From the IMG/VR virus record IMGVR_UViG_3300033076_001145, positions 96,001 to 160,000 of that record: a stretch of DNA of 64,000 bases; one strand, 5' to 3'. Below the pieces are notes generated by a model. It was not told where the DNA came from. It searched no databases and was given only the letters and a program-made list of their open reading frames with translations. Each line of letters opens with the position of its first letter. Position 1 is the stretch's first letter. Both the position numbers and the translations under genes were made by a program. Origin of the DNA: a virus. Taxonomy: Duplodnaviria > Caudoviricetes. Positions 19,700-31,822 of the stretch are shown here, piece by piece.

Positions 19700-20179
19700 T
19701 TATCACAGTATTGTGCGGGAATAGTTATCTCTCGAACTAACGCTCTTCTTTCTTCATTATCCATTTTCCAATATTCTTTAATCGGAACTTCACATTTAGA
19801 ACAGACCAAGTCTTTACCCCCGTTTTTATTCTTTTTAAATTTGGCAATTTTTATTTGCTTAATTCCAAGTTGAATATACGCTCTTTGGAAAGCGTCAACC
19901 CTCTCCATCTTTTCTCTACTTTGGATGTCTCCAGCCAAATCAATTAACTGTGGTCCCATACCTTTTTCATGGGCGTCCCACATCAATTCTTCAATTAACT
20001 CTTCATTAGAATAACTCATCGGTAAAAAAATAAATCTATCTTGTTAGTTTGTCAATAAGTAATCTCAAAATCTAATTAGGTTATTTCTATGAATTTTAAT
20101 TTGGATTTCTCGATTAAATATTTGTATTTTTGTATTCAAATTAATTGTAAGATATATTTATAAAAAAAACTATTATAAA

Positions 20180-21748
20180 ATGAGATTTACTAATTTATTA
20201 AAGTCTTTGATTATCGAGTCCTCTCGTTTCAAAACATTGTTTGATGCAAATGTTGAGGCACCAGGTCAAAAAAATTACTATGAAATGATTGGTATGAAAA
20301 AAGGAGCGTCTCAGGAAGCACTTGATTCAAAAATAGAAGCAATCAAACAAAAATTGGAATCAAACCCTGACAAAGATTCTCCAAAATTTGCGGAGTTAAA
20401 AAAGGCTTTGGATACTTTGGGTAATGAACAAAAAAGAAAGAAATACGATTCAACATCAGGTAAGAAAATTCCTTTCGAAATTTTCAAAGCAATGATTTTT
20501 GCTGACCCTGATACTAAAGTTCCGCAAGGTTTTGACAAAGAAAATGCAACACCTGAAGATATGGAAAAAGTAAAGGTTGGAGCATACACACAATGGATGT
20601 TGAAGAACTATCAGGAACCTAAGTTAGATTTACCTGATTATGTTAAAGAAGACCCAAAACAATATCAAAACGCAATTAAAGAATTCCGTAGATTGTTTAT
20701 CGAGGATATCGAAAGATTGAAAATTGATTTGTTGAAATTCCATAGATTTAAATCTAAATTAGAACAAAAGGATATTAACAAATACACTCCTGAGAGTTTG
20801 TCAGTCGCTGTTGAGGATTTCCGTTTAACAAAGGATGCCAAAACAAGTAAGGAAGAAAAACTAACAAAGGAAAATCCTTATCAATTCCCAGGTTCAGTTA
20901 TCGATTATGTTGGCCCTAATTGGACTGTCGTTCGTATCGATAACCATAAAGAAGCTGAGGACTATTCTAAAGCAAAGGCTGCGGCTTGTTACTTCGGAGG
21001 TTATTACGATACATCAAACGAATATGATGAAACCAATTGGTGCACCTCTAAGGTTGATGGTAGTTACTACGACACATACATCAAATCAGGTTCTTTATAT
21101 GTAATTTTACCAAACAGCGCTACTGAATTCGGTAAAAAGACAGGATTACCAAAAGAAAGATATCAATTCCACTTCGACCCAAGACATCCACAGTATATGG
21201 ATAGAAGAGACAGACCTGTTAAATTATATGACATGTTAAAAGATGGTGGTAGATTAGCTGAATTAAGAGAATACTTTAAACCTGAAATCGCTAAAGGTGT
21301 TTCATCACCTACAGGTTCTAAAGTTCAAATCCAATTCCCACAAGGACCTGCTGGATTATACGCATCTTTATACGGAGCAGATGACTTGTTAAATCAATTA
21401 GACCCAAATACAACTAATTTAATCTTAGAAAACACTGATAAGAGTTCTCCAATTAAATTAACTATCCCTAAGAGTATTGGTAACTTACAGAAGTTAAAGT
21501 CTATTCTTTGGGACGGAGTTATCGGTGAGGTTCCTGAGGAAATCTGTAACTGTAAGTCTTTAAGTATTATGGCACTTCCAAACAATCCTGACATGAAACC
21601 ACTTCCTGAGTGTGTTGCAAACATGGAGAAATTAACTTTCATTAATTTGATTGGTTGTGGTGAAGAAAATGGTAAATATAAATTACCTAAAAGTCTCCAA
21701 GAGACCGCAGTCGAAAGACAAATGCCAGGTCTATGGTATGTAGGTTAA
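20180..21748 (+). CDS. Multidomain protein: J-domain-like N-terminus (NPD), central 'WCT' region, C-terminal leucine-rich repeats
   Basis: NYYEMIG.KKGAS...NPDK...F..LKKALDTL....KRKKYD; IPKSIGNLQKLKSI / VPEEICNCKSLSIM / LPECVANMEKLTFINL. Confidence 0.7.
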   Translation: MRFTNLLKSLIIESSRFKTLFDANVEAPGQKNYYEMIGMKKGASQEALDSKIEAIKQKLESNPDKDSPKFAELKKALDTLGNEQKRKKYDSTSGKKIPFEIFKAMIFADPDTKVPQGFDKENATPEDMEKVKVGAYTQWMLKNYQEPKLDLPDYVKEDPKQYQNAIKEFRRLFIEDIERLKIDLLKFHRFKSKLEQKDINKYTPESLSVAVEDFRLTKDAKTSKEEKLTKENPYQFPGSVIDYVGPNWTVVRIDNHKEAEDYSKAKAAACYFGGYYDTSNEYDETNWCTSKVDGSYYDTYIKSGSLYVILPNSATEFGKKTGLPKERYQFHFDPRHPQYMDRRDRPVKLYDMLKDGGRLAELREYFKPEIAKGVSSPTGSKVQIQFPQGPAGLYASLYGADDLLNQLDPNTTNLILENTDKSSPIKLTIPKSIGNLQKLKSILWDGVIGEVPEEICNCKSLSIMALPNNPDMKPLPECVANMEKLTFINLIGCGEENGKYKLPKSLQETAVERQMPGLWYVG

Positions 21749-21757
21749 AAGAATAAG

Positions 21758-21782
21758 AAAAGGGTCTGAAAAGACCCTTTTT
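21758..21782. terminator. Bidirectional terminator
   Basis: AAAAGGGTCT-gaaa-AGACCCTTTTT. Confidence 0.75.
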
Positions 21783-21932
21783 TATTTTCTATTATATTTG
21801 AAATACTCTTGTCTGTCCTTATGTATTATCACTGAAAAGAAAGTGACATAGGATAAAATAAAAATTGAACTTACCATACTAACATATAGTCATAAGTCCT
21901 TTAAAGTGTGTTAAGACAAAGTTATGAAATTA

Positions 21933-23336
21933 TTAAAAGTAGTCACCTATATTTTCATTGACGCACTTATTAACTTTACGGTAATCGGCATAGTCATCCA
22001 ATGAAACTCGTAATTCATCTACCATACCTTCTTTCATTGCTTGTATCATTAAGTTATAATAACTACCGAAATATTTTATGGTATCATCATCCCATGTGCT
22101 GTCTTTTTTCTCAATGACCCATTCTTTAACTAAATTATATATACACTTTGTTGCGGGATATCTTCTAGCATACATAGTTCTTGTTTCATGTTTGCCAATA
22201 CTAGTATATACATTTTTTTTGTAACTATATTCTTCAAAAGTTGTATTATCAATTATTTCACCAACTAGTTCTGACATTATACTATCATACCAATTGTCAA
22301 TCAATTCACTATCATAACAACCTGAATAAAGACTATATAAGTCGCGTGTCACATCGTCTAACTCTCTGTTAATAACATATTTCATGGTTTCATCATCTTC
22401 TAAAATACGAGTGATAATATTATCATCTAATGTAACATACCCTCTACCTTGCTCTAAACCAATTTTTTCTAATAACTTTGAATTTATGTCTAACGCTCCT
22501 TTTTGGGTAAGTTCCTCACGAATTTTATCGTCAACCAATTTTTGGTTTTCCATAGTTAATACTTTATACACATCGTTATATTCGTCATTGGTTTTATCCC
22601 AATAACCCATATCATAATTACCTTCAATAATTTCTTCAATCGTTTCTCGGCTAACATCATTTCTACTTTTGCTAAAAAATTTAGAAAGCTCTTCTCCACT
22701 TGTATCAAAATAATATTCATCACCAATTTTTGTAACATCAGATAAAGTATCAACTATTTTCCATATATAGGAAGGGTCATTTTGATAAAAGATATAATTT
22801 AAATGATTTTCATAGTCATCCCAAACAACATTTCTTGGGTCTATATAACTAATAAGTCCTTCTTCTTTAATTAATTCTAAAAAATTACTAATCCCCCCAA
22901 ATGCCCCATCAACTATTTCAGTATCACCATCTTCAAAATCCTGAATAAATTCAATTAATGTTTTTTGAATTTTTGTCATTTCTTTTTCTTCAGACTCTTT
23001 TAAATCGTCTTTTTTCAAAAAATCAACCGTGAATTTTTTATTTCCTTCATCTTTCAAAACATCACCTAATAGTTTGATTAAATGACCTTGGTTTTGTTTC
23101 AATTCTCTGTGATATCCTAAATCAATATTTTCCATAACTTCATAATCTACACATTCAGGATTAAATGGAACCGCATCCAATACTGGATGAGTTACATATA
23201 TCACCCCATTTCTAATTAATAATACTTTTGTTGGTAACCCAATAAGGTCTTTCAAATGTTTCCAACAAAAAAACTCAGGTTTATCTTCTTTAAATCCTTT
23301 GATGTAAATTACATCACCCATTTTGAAGTCTTCCAT
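21933..23336 (-). CDS. Large acidic hypothetical protein
   Basis: 467-aa ORF. Confidence 0.7.
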   Translation of the reverse strand: MEDFKMGDVIYIKGFKEDKPEFFCWKHLKDLIGLPTKVLLIRNGVIYVTHPVLDAVPFNPECVDYEVMENIDLGYHRELKQNQGHLIKLLGDVLKDEGNKKFTVDFLKKDDLKESEEKEMTKIQKTLIEFIQDFEDGDTEIVDGAFGGISNFLELIKEEGLISYIDPRNVVWDDYENHLNYIFYQNDPSYIWKIVDTLSDVTKIGDEYYFDTSGEELSKFFSKSRNDVSRETIEEIIEGNYDMGYWDKTNDEYNDVYKVLTMENQKLVDDKIREELTQKGALDINSKLLEKIGLEQGRGYVTLDDNIITRILEDDETMKYVINRELDDVTRDLYSLYSGCYDSELIDNWYDSIMSELVGEIIDNTTFEEYSYKKNVYTSIGKHETRTMYARRYPATKCIYNLVKEWVIEKKDSTWDDDTIKYFGSYYNLMIQAMKEGMVDELRVSLDDYADYRKVNKCVNENIGDYF

Positions 23337-23337
23337 A

Positions 23338-24054
23338 TTAATATACTCTATCTCCTTTAAACTTTATTCTAGGTCTAATTTCTACCCACATATATTCATT
23401 ATTACACAATGTCTTTAAATTCCACAAATATGTTGTTATGGGGTCAAAAGTTAATATTACTTTTTCACTAAAATAGTCATCATCTCTTGAATCAAAAATA
23501 ATATTAGAATACTGTTCAAACATTGTTGAGACATCTACATATTCTTTCATATCTAAGGAAATTTCTAACTCACTACAGTCAGCTTCAACAGTGACTTCAA
23601 CACCTTCACCATAACTATCAATTTCAATATCTTTAATATTAACATTACACTTACCTCTAATTGCAATATAGTTATCACTATCCGTAGCCTTTATTTCTTT
23701 TATATCGTTAGCAATTTTTAATAATTCAGTCTTGTCTTTTGGACTAATATATGCTTCATACTTTGAAATGTCAGTATAGTAATTCACCAATTTGGTCATG
23801 TAGAAATATGCTGAAGGTCCTCCTGGTTTTTCTTTTGGTAAAAATTTTGTAAATTCATCAATTAATTCGTCAAAATATCCAGTTACCGCAACTCTACTAT
23901 ATGACAAGTCGTTTGGGTTATTAATATAAACATTCAAACTACCATCAGGTGCCAATTCACACAAATATTCCATCCCTTCGATTTCAAATTTTGGAGATTC
24001 CAAATAAGTATTGTAGAAAATTTCTATGGCTTCTTTATATTTTCCCATTATCAA
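23338..24054 (-). CDS. Hypothetical protein; paralog of 14335
   Basis: INNPNDLSYS motif. Confidence 0.65.
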   Translation of the reverse strand: MIMGKYKEAIEIFYNTYLESPKFEIEGMEYLCELAPDGSLNVYINNPNDLSYSRVAVTGYFDELIDEFTKFLPKEKPGGPSAYFYMTKLVNYYTDISKYEAYISPKDKTELLKIANDIKEIKATDSDNYIAIRGKCNVNIKDIEIDSYGEGVEVTVEADCSELEISLDMKEYVDVSTMFEQYSNIIFDSRDDDYFSEKVILTFDPITTYLWNLKTLCNNEYMWVEIRPRIKFKGDRVY

Positions 24055-24075
24055 TAAATACTATATTTATAATAA

Positions 24076-25122
24076 ATGGAAACAGAATTATTAAATACCG
24101 TAGTTGCAGTTTGGTCGGCTCATTTTGAAAATGAATTACAAGTATATGAAACTAAATATTATGATTGGGATGATGGTTCTCATGATGTTAAAATAGAGTA
24201 TTATGTTGAAAAACCAAAATCAGTATCGTTATTAAAAACAGTTAAGTTTTATAAAGTCGAGTATGATTTAGTAGTTGTTGGTGTGTATATTGACGGTGAA
24301 ATCACTTATCACCAAGATGACCTCCCTGAATCTTTGTGGGAGGATTTCGAGGCCAGTGTTCATGAAGAATATAATAAAATATTACCTTCAGGTTCATTAG
24401 TATTTTACGGAAATCTTATTTTTGATTACTCAAGAGGAAATATCAATGAAAACGAAGAAAAATTGTCCCAAGATAAGTTACTCATTTACATGATGAAAAT
24501 GTTAAATCCTGATGAGGAACTTTACATAGATTTTTATTTAAGCCCTGATAAGAAAAAGATTTATGTTGTTGGTGATGAAGATGTGTTGAATAAAAAATAT
24601 AGGGGTGATAGTTGGCTTGCTCCGAATCTCCTTGAACTTGTTCATCAAGCAAAAAGCCATATTAATTATCAAAGTCCTGAAGGATTAACAAGTGTAGTTT
24701 TTGTCAAAAAGAAAAATGATAAAAAATCAAACCTACAAGAAAGTAAGTTATATAACAATGATTTGAATAAGTTTATTCCTAATGTTAATTACATTGTAAA
24801 TAGAATATTGTCTGAGGAATTTGATTGGTTCAAAGAATTAAACATAACTTCTATTGAAACTTGTCGTTCAATGACAATTGGTAACTGCGTTATACTATAC
24901 GGAACAATAACAGTTGATGGGGATTGGGGATTTGCTCAATGGAGAAAATATCATTATGAATATCCATTCCATGACGATGTTGAAATACGCGATATAATGG
25001 GAAGTAACTTATTTTCAGAAGTAAAGGATTTATTAATACTCGGTTTGCAAGGTATTATCGGAGCTTCAATTAAAACATTATCCACGGAACTTAAAGTTAA
25101 GTTAGATAGTTCAGAAGATTAA
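24076..25122 (+). CDS. Hypothetical modular protein
   Basis: 348-aa ORF after TATTTATA; internal INE and LQE motifs. Confidence 0.65.
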   Translation: METELLNTVVAVWSAHFENELQVYETKYYDWDDGSHDVKIEYYVEKPKSVSLLKTVKFYKVEYDLVVVGVYIDGEITYHQDDLPESLWEDFEASVHEEYNKILPSGSLVFYGNLIFDYSRGNINENEEKLSQDKLLIYMMKMLNPDEELYIDFYLSPDKKKIYVVGDEDVLNKKYRGDSWLAPNLLELVHQAKSHINYQSPEGLTSVVFVKKKNDKKSNLQESKLYNNDLNKFIPNVNYIVNRILSEEFDWFKELNITSIETCRSMTIGNCVILYGTITVDGDWGFAQWRKYHYEYPFHDDVEIRDIMGSNLFSEVKDLLILGLQGIIGASIKTLSTELKVKLDSSED

Positions 25123-28034
25123 TTTCCACATTCTTGTTTTTTAATTAATTTTATTGTATTTTTGTGTTGTGAAGTATATTCATGTCAATCAACACAAGAT
25201 TAGGTCTAATAAGAAAAATAACTCATTAGAGCCCGTTATTACCATCAAAGAGGGTAGAAAGAATACCTATTGCTCAGAAGTTGAAATCTTGGGTCCCAGT
25301 CGTGTTATATACGGTGGAAATGATAAGACACTCTTATCCTGTGGAGCAAGAGTAATAATTCAAACTGAATCTGAAATTAATATAATACGATGAATAGCAA
25401 AAATACCCAAACAGATTTGACAGGACTTACAATAATGATTATTGTTTTTACAATTGTATTTTTAACAACTTTATTTGCAGTTTAATATGGCATCACTTGA
25501 AACACAATATTGGAATTTCTTAGAGTCAAACCCTGGCTCAACTCTTACCTTTGAGGAATGGAAAACAAAGTTGGGTAATGAATTAAAAGAATCAATTGAT
25601 AAACTTCAGTAAGATAATTATTCCCCATATTGTCCTGTGTGTTCAGGTTGTGGTGAAGATGGTTGTTGTAAAGCGACTATGTGTCAGATGAGTCCTGATG
25701 GAAGTTACTGTGGGTCATACCTTAGAGATTTGAAGATTGGTTATATAATGGATGAGTGGGTGATGGGGAACTTATATGAACAATTCACAGATGAAATGAA
25801 AGATGCTTACGATAAACAATACGATAAAACACTTGATAAGTTATGTCAACAGAAATAGAAAAATTAGAAAATCAATTAGAGGACTTTGAAATGGTTCGTT
25901 ACAGAATGGACTCAGAAGGTTTCCACTATTGTTTCAAACATTATTCATCTTTTATAGATGTTGATGATGATGAATTCCACAGATTAAGAAAAATGTATTT
26001 GGATGCATCTGAAGATTTGGAACAATATGTTTTGAAAAAGATTGAGAGTTTAAATGACAGGATATTGGCAACGGATATTAATACGGAAGAAGAAATAAAA
26101 ACATCAACCTTTGACCTTTATCTAAAATATAAAGATGAGTTTGCAGGTTATGAAGATGTTCCAAGTTATGATTGGTTTCTACACGAATTAAGGTTTAACG
26201 ATAAATTTAGAGAAAAATATGGGAAAAATAATTCTTGAGTTTGACAGTTTTGAAGAAAAAACTGAAGCACAAAACGCATTAGATGGTGGTAGCTGGAAAG
26301 CTTTGGTTAATGAATTTGACCAAGAACTACGCTCGGTCACAAAATATGGTGCAAGTTTGCTTGACCCAAAAAATGAAGCATCAGAAATTGAAATTGATGT
26401 TTGTGATAAATTACGAGAAATACTTCGTGATAAGTTAAATGAGTGGAATTTGAATTTGGATTAATATGGAAAGAGAGCGAACTATTGACGAGGTTTATGA
26501 GAGATATGCGATAATTGCGGGAATGACTGGACAGGTGGAGAGTTTGACAAAAGAACAATTCATTAATAAAGTTAATACCGATGATGAGTTTGCAAGGAAG
26601 TGGGAAATAAAAAAATGAAATAATATGACAACAGTAAAAATTAAAAGTGGTGATTGGGAAGTCGAAGTTTCAACAAAATACGATTACAATTACGCTTATG
26701 ACATAGTTAATTTCTTAACCTCATCAATTGAATCGGCGGTTAAAAACTATGTTGAACCAAAATCAGCAATTAAACAATCTGACTTGGATATTAGAGACAA
26801 TCAGATTGAGTTACTGAAGGAAGATTTGGAGGTAGTTCATATGTATTTGGATGACCTGTTATTACCAAGAAAAGATGATAATGGTGAAACCTACTCAATC
26901 GTTGGGAGAATCAAACAATTTGAAAAGAATATGGTTGAACAAGTGTCAAACTTGGAATCAATGTATCTTGAAGAACAAGAGCAAATGTATTCTGAGAAGG
27001 AAGTTGAAAAAATACTTGAATCTCAAAGAGGGAATAGTTATGTTGCGGTATTGAATAAAACAAGGGACGAGGAACTTTCCGTTGTTGCGGGAAGTGCTCC
27101 TGAACCAGGACATTGGAGAAAAACCAAAATAGACCCTGAAAAGGTAATTAAAGTTGAGCCAAAATTACAAAAAGATTATACAATATGAATCAAATGAATA
27201 ATTTAGAAATAACACCAGTATCCGAAATGGAAGCTGACACCACAAGAGTATGTGAAATCAGATTTGATTGTTTGGTTACAATGCACGATGTGGGATTTAA
27301 GAAAATTAAGACATACCCATTTGGTTTTGAAATGGTAAAACAATCTAAAACACCTCAATGGTTTAGAGCAAACCATGTAATAACATTGGAAGGTGTTAAA
27401 CACGATGACCCATATGAACTTGGAATGAGAATTAAACAAATGTTCCATCAATTAGAATATACAATCAATAAGTATGAAAACGGAACAATATAAAAAATAT
27501 TTAGATTATGAAAGTTAAAATAGGGAACCAAATATATGATTCATCTAAAACGCCAGTACTATTAATATTGGATGACTTGGATAAAAAGAATATAACCGCA
27601 ATGCTCCCCACAGCTACCAAGTATTGTGCTTTCCCAGGTAAAGGATGGGATACTGAAGAAATTAGGGAGTTTATGAAGGTAAATGAATAAAAATATTTAG
27701 TCTATGAGTAACGAAAAATACAATCAGATTATTGATGATGTGTATAAAAATTATTTGAAAGTGGAAGGAAAAAAGTTCCACGAAAGAACCGAAGAACTTC
27801 GCAAATGGGCTACAGTAGAAGGTCCGTTTGGACCTGGTGGTCTTCTTAAAAAAGAAGAGTTCATCAACAAAATCAAAACAGATGATGAGTTTGCTAAGAA
27901 GTGGGGTTTGAAGATAGAGGAAAGAATAGTATTAGAACAAGTAGACCAAAACAACCCAATATTAAAAGGGAGTGCCGCATTATACTCGCGTAAACTAATC
28001 ACAATAACATATAACAACGAAACAATAGAAGTTT

Positions 28035-28235
28035 ATGAATAACCTAGATAAACAATACACAGACCTATCATTACCAGACCAACCTCTTTATGAATTGGAA
28101 AATTTAGAATATCTCTATACAATGTATAAACGAACTGTTGAAAAGGGTAAACCAAATCAAAGAATGGCTGAACAACTTAAAACATATATTGATATAATAC
28201 AAGTAAAAACTTTAATGAATGAACAATCTAGATAA
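28035..28235 (+). CDS. Small ORF sharing its first 11 codons with thyA
   Basis: MNNLDKQYTDL at both 28035 and 28219. Confidence 0.5.
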   Translation: MNNLDKQYTDLSLPDQPLYELENLEYLYTMYKRTVEKGKPNQRMAEQLKTYIDIIQVKTLMNEQSR

Positions 28236-29376
28236 ACAATACACAGACCTACTCCAAACAATTTTGGATTATGGTGTTGAAAAGAAAGACAGAACAGGAA
28301 CTGGTACCAAATCAATCTTTGGTTATACCATCCGTCATAATATGAAACACGGCTTTCCACTTCTTACAACAAAGAAGATGGCTTTTAAGACAATGGTAAC
28401 TGAATTACTATGGTTTTTAAGAGGTGATACCAACATCAAATACCTTGTTGATAATGATTGTCATATTTGGGATGGTGATGCGTATAAGAATTATGAACGG
28501 AGATGGGAAACCGAAGGTAAATTTCTATCACCACCTGTTAATAAATTTACAAAGGAGGAGTTCATTAACGAAATAAAAACAAACCCAATGGTTGCTAAAG
28601 AATTAGGGGAATTAGGACCTGTGTATGGTAAGCAATGGAGAAGTTGGGATACTTATGAATTTATTGATGATGAAGTCCATACAATTAAAATAGACCAAAT
28701 ACAAAACCTAATCAACGACCTTAAAACAAATCCTGATTCACGCCGACTAATGGTTTCGGCTTGGAATCCAGGTGAATTAGACCAAATGGTTCTTCCACCT
28801 TGTCATTATGGATTTCAAGTTTATACAAGAGAGTTGAGTCGAAAAGAAAGAGTTGATTTGTATATTAAAAAGTATGGAGATACTGGAATGGATTATGAAA
28901 AATATAAAGATACAATCCCAACCAGAGCAATCTCTCTAATGTGGAATCAACGAAGTGTAGATACACTATTGGGGCTTCCATTTAATATTGCATCTTACGG
29001 ATTACTATTAACAATGATTGCGGATGAAGTTAATATGGTTCCTGATGAATTGATTGGCAACTTGGGTGACACCCATCTTTACCTAAACCATATTGAACAA
29101 GCCAAAGAACAGATTGGTAGAGATTTGACTGATGAGGAAAGATATAACATTTGGTTTGATAACAATTATGAAACAGGAATGGAAAGATACTTTGACCCAA
29201 ACAAACTTCCAAACTTTGATGACCCATATTACGAACCAACCCCAAAGAGAACAAGAGAACCTTATCCACTACCAAAAGTATCAGTTAGAGATGGTATTCA
29301 TTGTTCATCGGTTAATGATGTTATCTTGGAGAACTACAAATCACACCCAGCAATTAAAGCACCTTTATCAAATTAA
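28219..29376 (+). CDS. thyA: Thymidylate synthase
   Basis: DRTGTGT, FPLLTTKK, ELLWFL.G, GPVYGKQWR, SRR..VSAWNP, LPPCH, QRSVD..LGLPFNIASY, GDTHLY.NH. Confidence 0.95.
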   Translation: MNNLDKQYTDLLQTILDYGVEKKDRTGTGTKSIFGYTIRHNMKHGFPLLTTKKMAFKTMVTELLWFLRGDTNIKYLVDNDCHIWDGDAYKNYERRWETEGKFLSPPVNKFTKEEFINEIKTNPMVAKELGELGPVYGKQWRSWDTYEFIDDEVHTIKIDQIQNLINDLKTNPDSRRLMVSAWNPGELDQMVLPPCHYGFQVYTRELSRKERVDLYIKKYGDTGMDYEKYKDTIPTRAISLMWNQRSVDTLLGLPFNIASYGLLLTMIADEVNMVPDELIGNLGDTHLYLNHIEQAKEQIGRDLTDEERYNIWFDNNYETGMERYFDPNKLPNFDDPYYEPTPKRTREPYPLPKVSVRDGIHCSSVNDVILENYKSHPAIKAPLSN

Positions 29377-30384
29377 CATATGTCAAAAGATATAAGAACC
29401 TGGGTTAAACAGGAAAAAAGAATTGTCCGACTTTTATATAGGAAAGGTTTTATCACCGACGCTCATTTCAAATGTAAAGATTTGTATTGGGCGGAGTATA
29501 GAACTGGTAAAAAACGAAGACAAAGAAAAGGAGAACCAAAGTATAAGTTTTCAATCTATTATCCCGAAGTTCATTATTGTTCTACGGATTATTGGGGTGA
29601 GAGTGATGAACATAGTATTGTCCAACATTTCTTGGATACATTTTATTGGACAAACATTGATGAAAGAAATTGGAATCCAAACAACGGAGAGTTTCCAAAA
29701 ACTTTATTCAAAAACTTTGACAGAAAGAAATTTATCAAGTATCTTTCTTCATTACCAACAAAGATTGGTGACAATAAAATAAACAAAGTATTAGCTAAAA
29801 GAATAATTTATTAAATGGAAAAATATTACGTAAATGTTAAAATTGAAGGTGGTAAGTCAGAAATAAATGAGATTTTATCGCTGTTTGCTAAAATCCAATA
29901 CTTAGGTAGTGTTGGTTCAACAGTTACCATACCAGTTGTTGTTGATGGTGATGGTTCAGGACAATTAAAATTCACAACAACAGATACTGAAAATAATTTA
30001 ATCAATGATTTTAAAATTGAATCATTTAAGAAAGAAGTTAATGACGGAGTTGAGAAAATAGAATCACACTGGATAGGGGAATAATATATGATACACTTTT
30101 TAAGAAACAAACAAAACAGAACCATCATTGAATGTGAGGTTTATAATGGTGATTTACATACCGCAACGAATATTGAGGAATATTCAAAAATGTTAATTGA
30201 TTTACACGACAAAGATTTACATTACCCTTTTATCCTGTCAATTTCAGATTTGGATGAGATTCGTGGATGGTGGTGGGAACAGGCTGAAGATAGTGGTGAA
30301 TACAAATCAATAGATGATTTTGTAAAAGAAAAATTTTTGGAAGTTGCAGAAAAACATAATCTTAATTATGTAACTGATTAAAAT

Positions 30385-30807
30385 ATGAAAACAAAAGTAT
30401 ATTCCGCCTTTCCTGGCGTTGGTAAAACAACCTATTTCAACACAACGGAAAAGAATGTGTTGGATAGTGATAGTTCAAAGTTTGACAAGAAAAACTTTCC
30501 GGCAAACTACATTGAACATATTGAAAAGAATATTGAAGACCCAAATGTGGATAAGATTTTAGTATCATCACATAAGGATGTTAGAGATGCTCTTGTTAAA
30601 AAAGGAATACCATTTGTTTTGGTATATCCAAACAAAGACATCAAAGATGAATATATCCAAAGATATAAAGACAGAGGTAATAACGATGCGTTTGTTGAGT
30701 TGTTGGATAAGAATTGGGATAATTGGATGGATGAGATGGATAACCAAAAAGGTTGTTATAGAGTTAAGTTAAATTCAGGTCAGTATCTTACTGATGTAAT
30801 TGATTAA
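30385..30807 (+). CDS. P-loop kinase-like protein
   Basis: SAFPGVGKT Walker A, DSDSS. Confidence 0.65.
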   Translation: MKTKVYSAFPGVGKTTYFNTTEKNVLDSDSSKFDKKNFPANYIEHIEKNIEDPNVDKILVSSHKDVRDALVKKGIPFVLVYPNKDIKDEYIQRYKDRGNNDAFVELLDKNWDNWMDEMDNQKGCYRVKLNSGQYLTDVID

Positions 30808-31276
30808 TGATGACAATAAAAAATAAATTTAATATAGGAGATGTGGTTTATATCAATTCAGATATTAATCAAACACCGCAGACCATAATTGCGATTACGG
30901 TTTATAGTGATGAGTATTATACCTATAAATTGAACTCAAAAGACGATTGCTCGGACTATCGTGATTATGAAATATCCTATGATAAAAATGTGTTGTTAAA
31001 AATTGAAAATTATTAAGTTATGATAAAATTTAGAATAGTTGAAGTTATTGAAAATTCAGGGAGTGATGACAGGAAAGGTTATTGGATTATTGAGCAAAAG
31101 AATTTGTTTAGCTGGAAAGAAATTGGTCAGGATGAAGGACCTAAATATAAAAGTATAATCCACAAATCTTATGAAGAGGCCGAACTTTACCTGTTAAACA
31201 ATTACACAGGACACGGAGTTTGTAGAAAGTATGGAAATGTTTATACTTATAACCCTTACACTTATTATATGTAATT

Positions 31277-31822
31277 ATGAAAGATTTAATAAAGAAAATT
31301 TTAAAAGAAGAAACCAAAGAAAAGTTTGACTATGGTTGCGTAATGTTATATTACGATTTCCCAAAGATGGGAGAAATACACGAGTTAATTGACGATAACG
31401 ATGTTTATTACGAGGAAGGTGATAGAAGTTTCGGATTGGAAGATGAACCTCATACAACACTCCTATTTGGATTACACGATGATGTAACAGATGATGATGT
31501 AAGAAATGTTTTGAATAGATTTACCTATGGTAATTGTAAATTACAAAACGCATCACTATTTCAAAACCCTGACTATGATGTATTAAAGTTTGATGTATCA
31601 GGAGACAACTTACATAAGACAAATGATTTGCTTCGTAAGTATCCACACACCAATAATTTCCCTGATTACCATCCTCATACAACAATTGGTTACCTTAAAC
31701 CAAATATGGGTAAGAAGTATGTTGAGAAGTTAAAAGGTTTGAGTTATAATCTAACACCACAATATGCGGTATATTCAAAACCAAATGGGGATAAGGTTAA
31801 AATGGAGATTAATGTCAAATAA
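31277..31822 (+). CDS. 2H phosphoesterase, T4 57B/Acb1 (anti-CBASS nuclease)-like
   Basis: Two HxT motifs (EPHTTL, YHPHTTIGY) about 75 aa apart. Confidence 0.7.
   Translation: MKDLIKKILKEETKEKFDYGCVMLYYDFPKMGEIHELIDDNDVYYEEGDRSFGLEDEPHTTLLFGLHDDVTDDDVRNVLNRFTYGNCKLQNASLFQNPDYDVLKFDVSGDNLHKTNDLLRKYPHTNNFPDYHPHTTIGYLKPNMGKKYVEKLKGLSYNLTPQYAVYSKPNGDKVKMEINVK

Noticed and set aside
28219-29376. Intein or intron in the long thyA
   Set aside because: Extra length is short in-frame loops, with no intein C/S...HN motifs or interruption.
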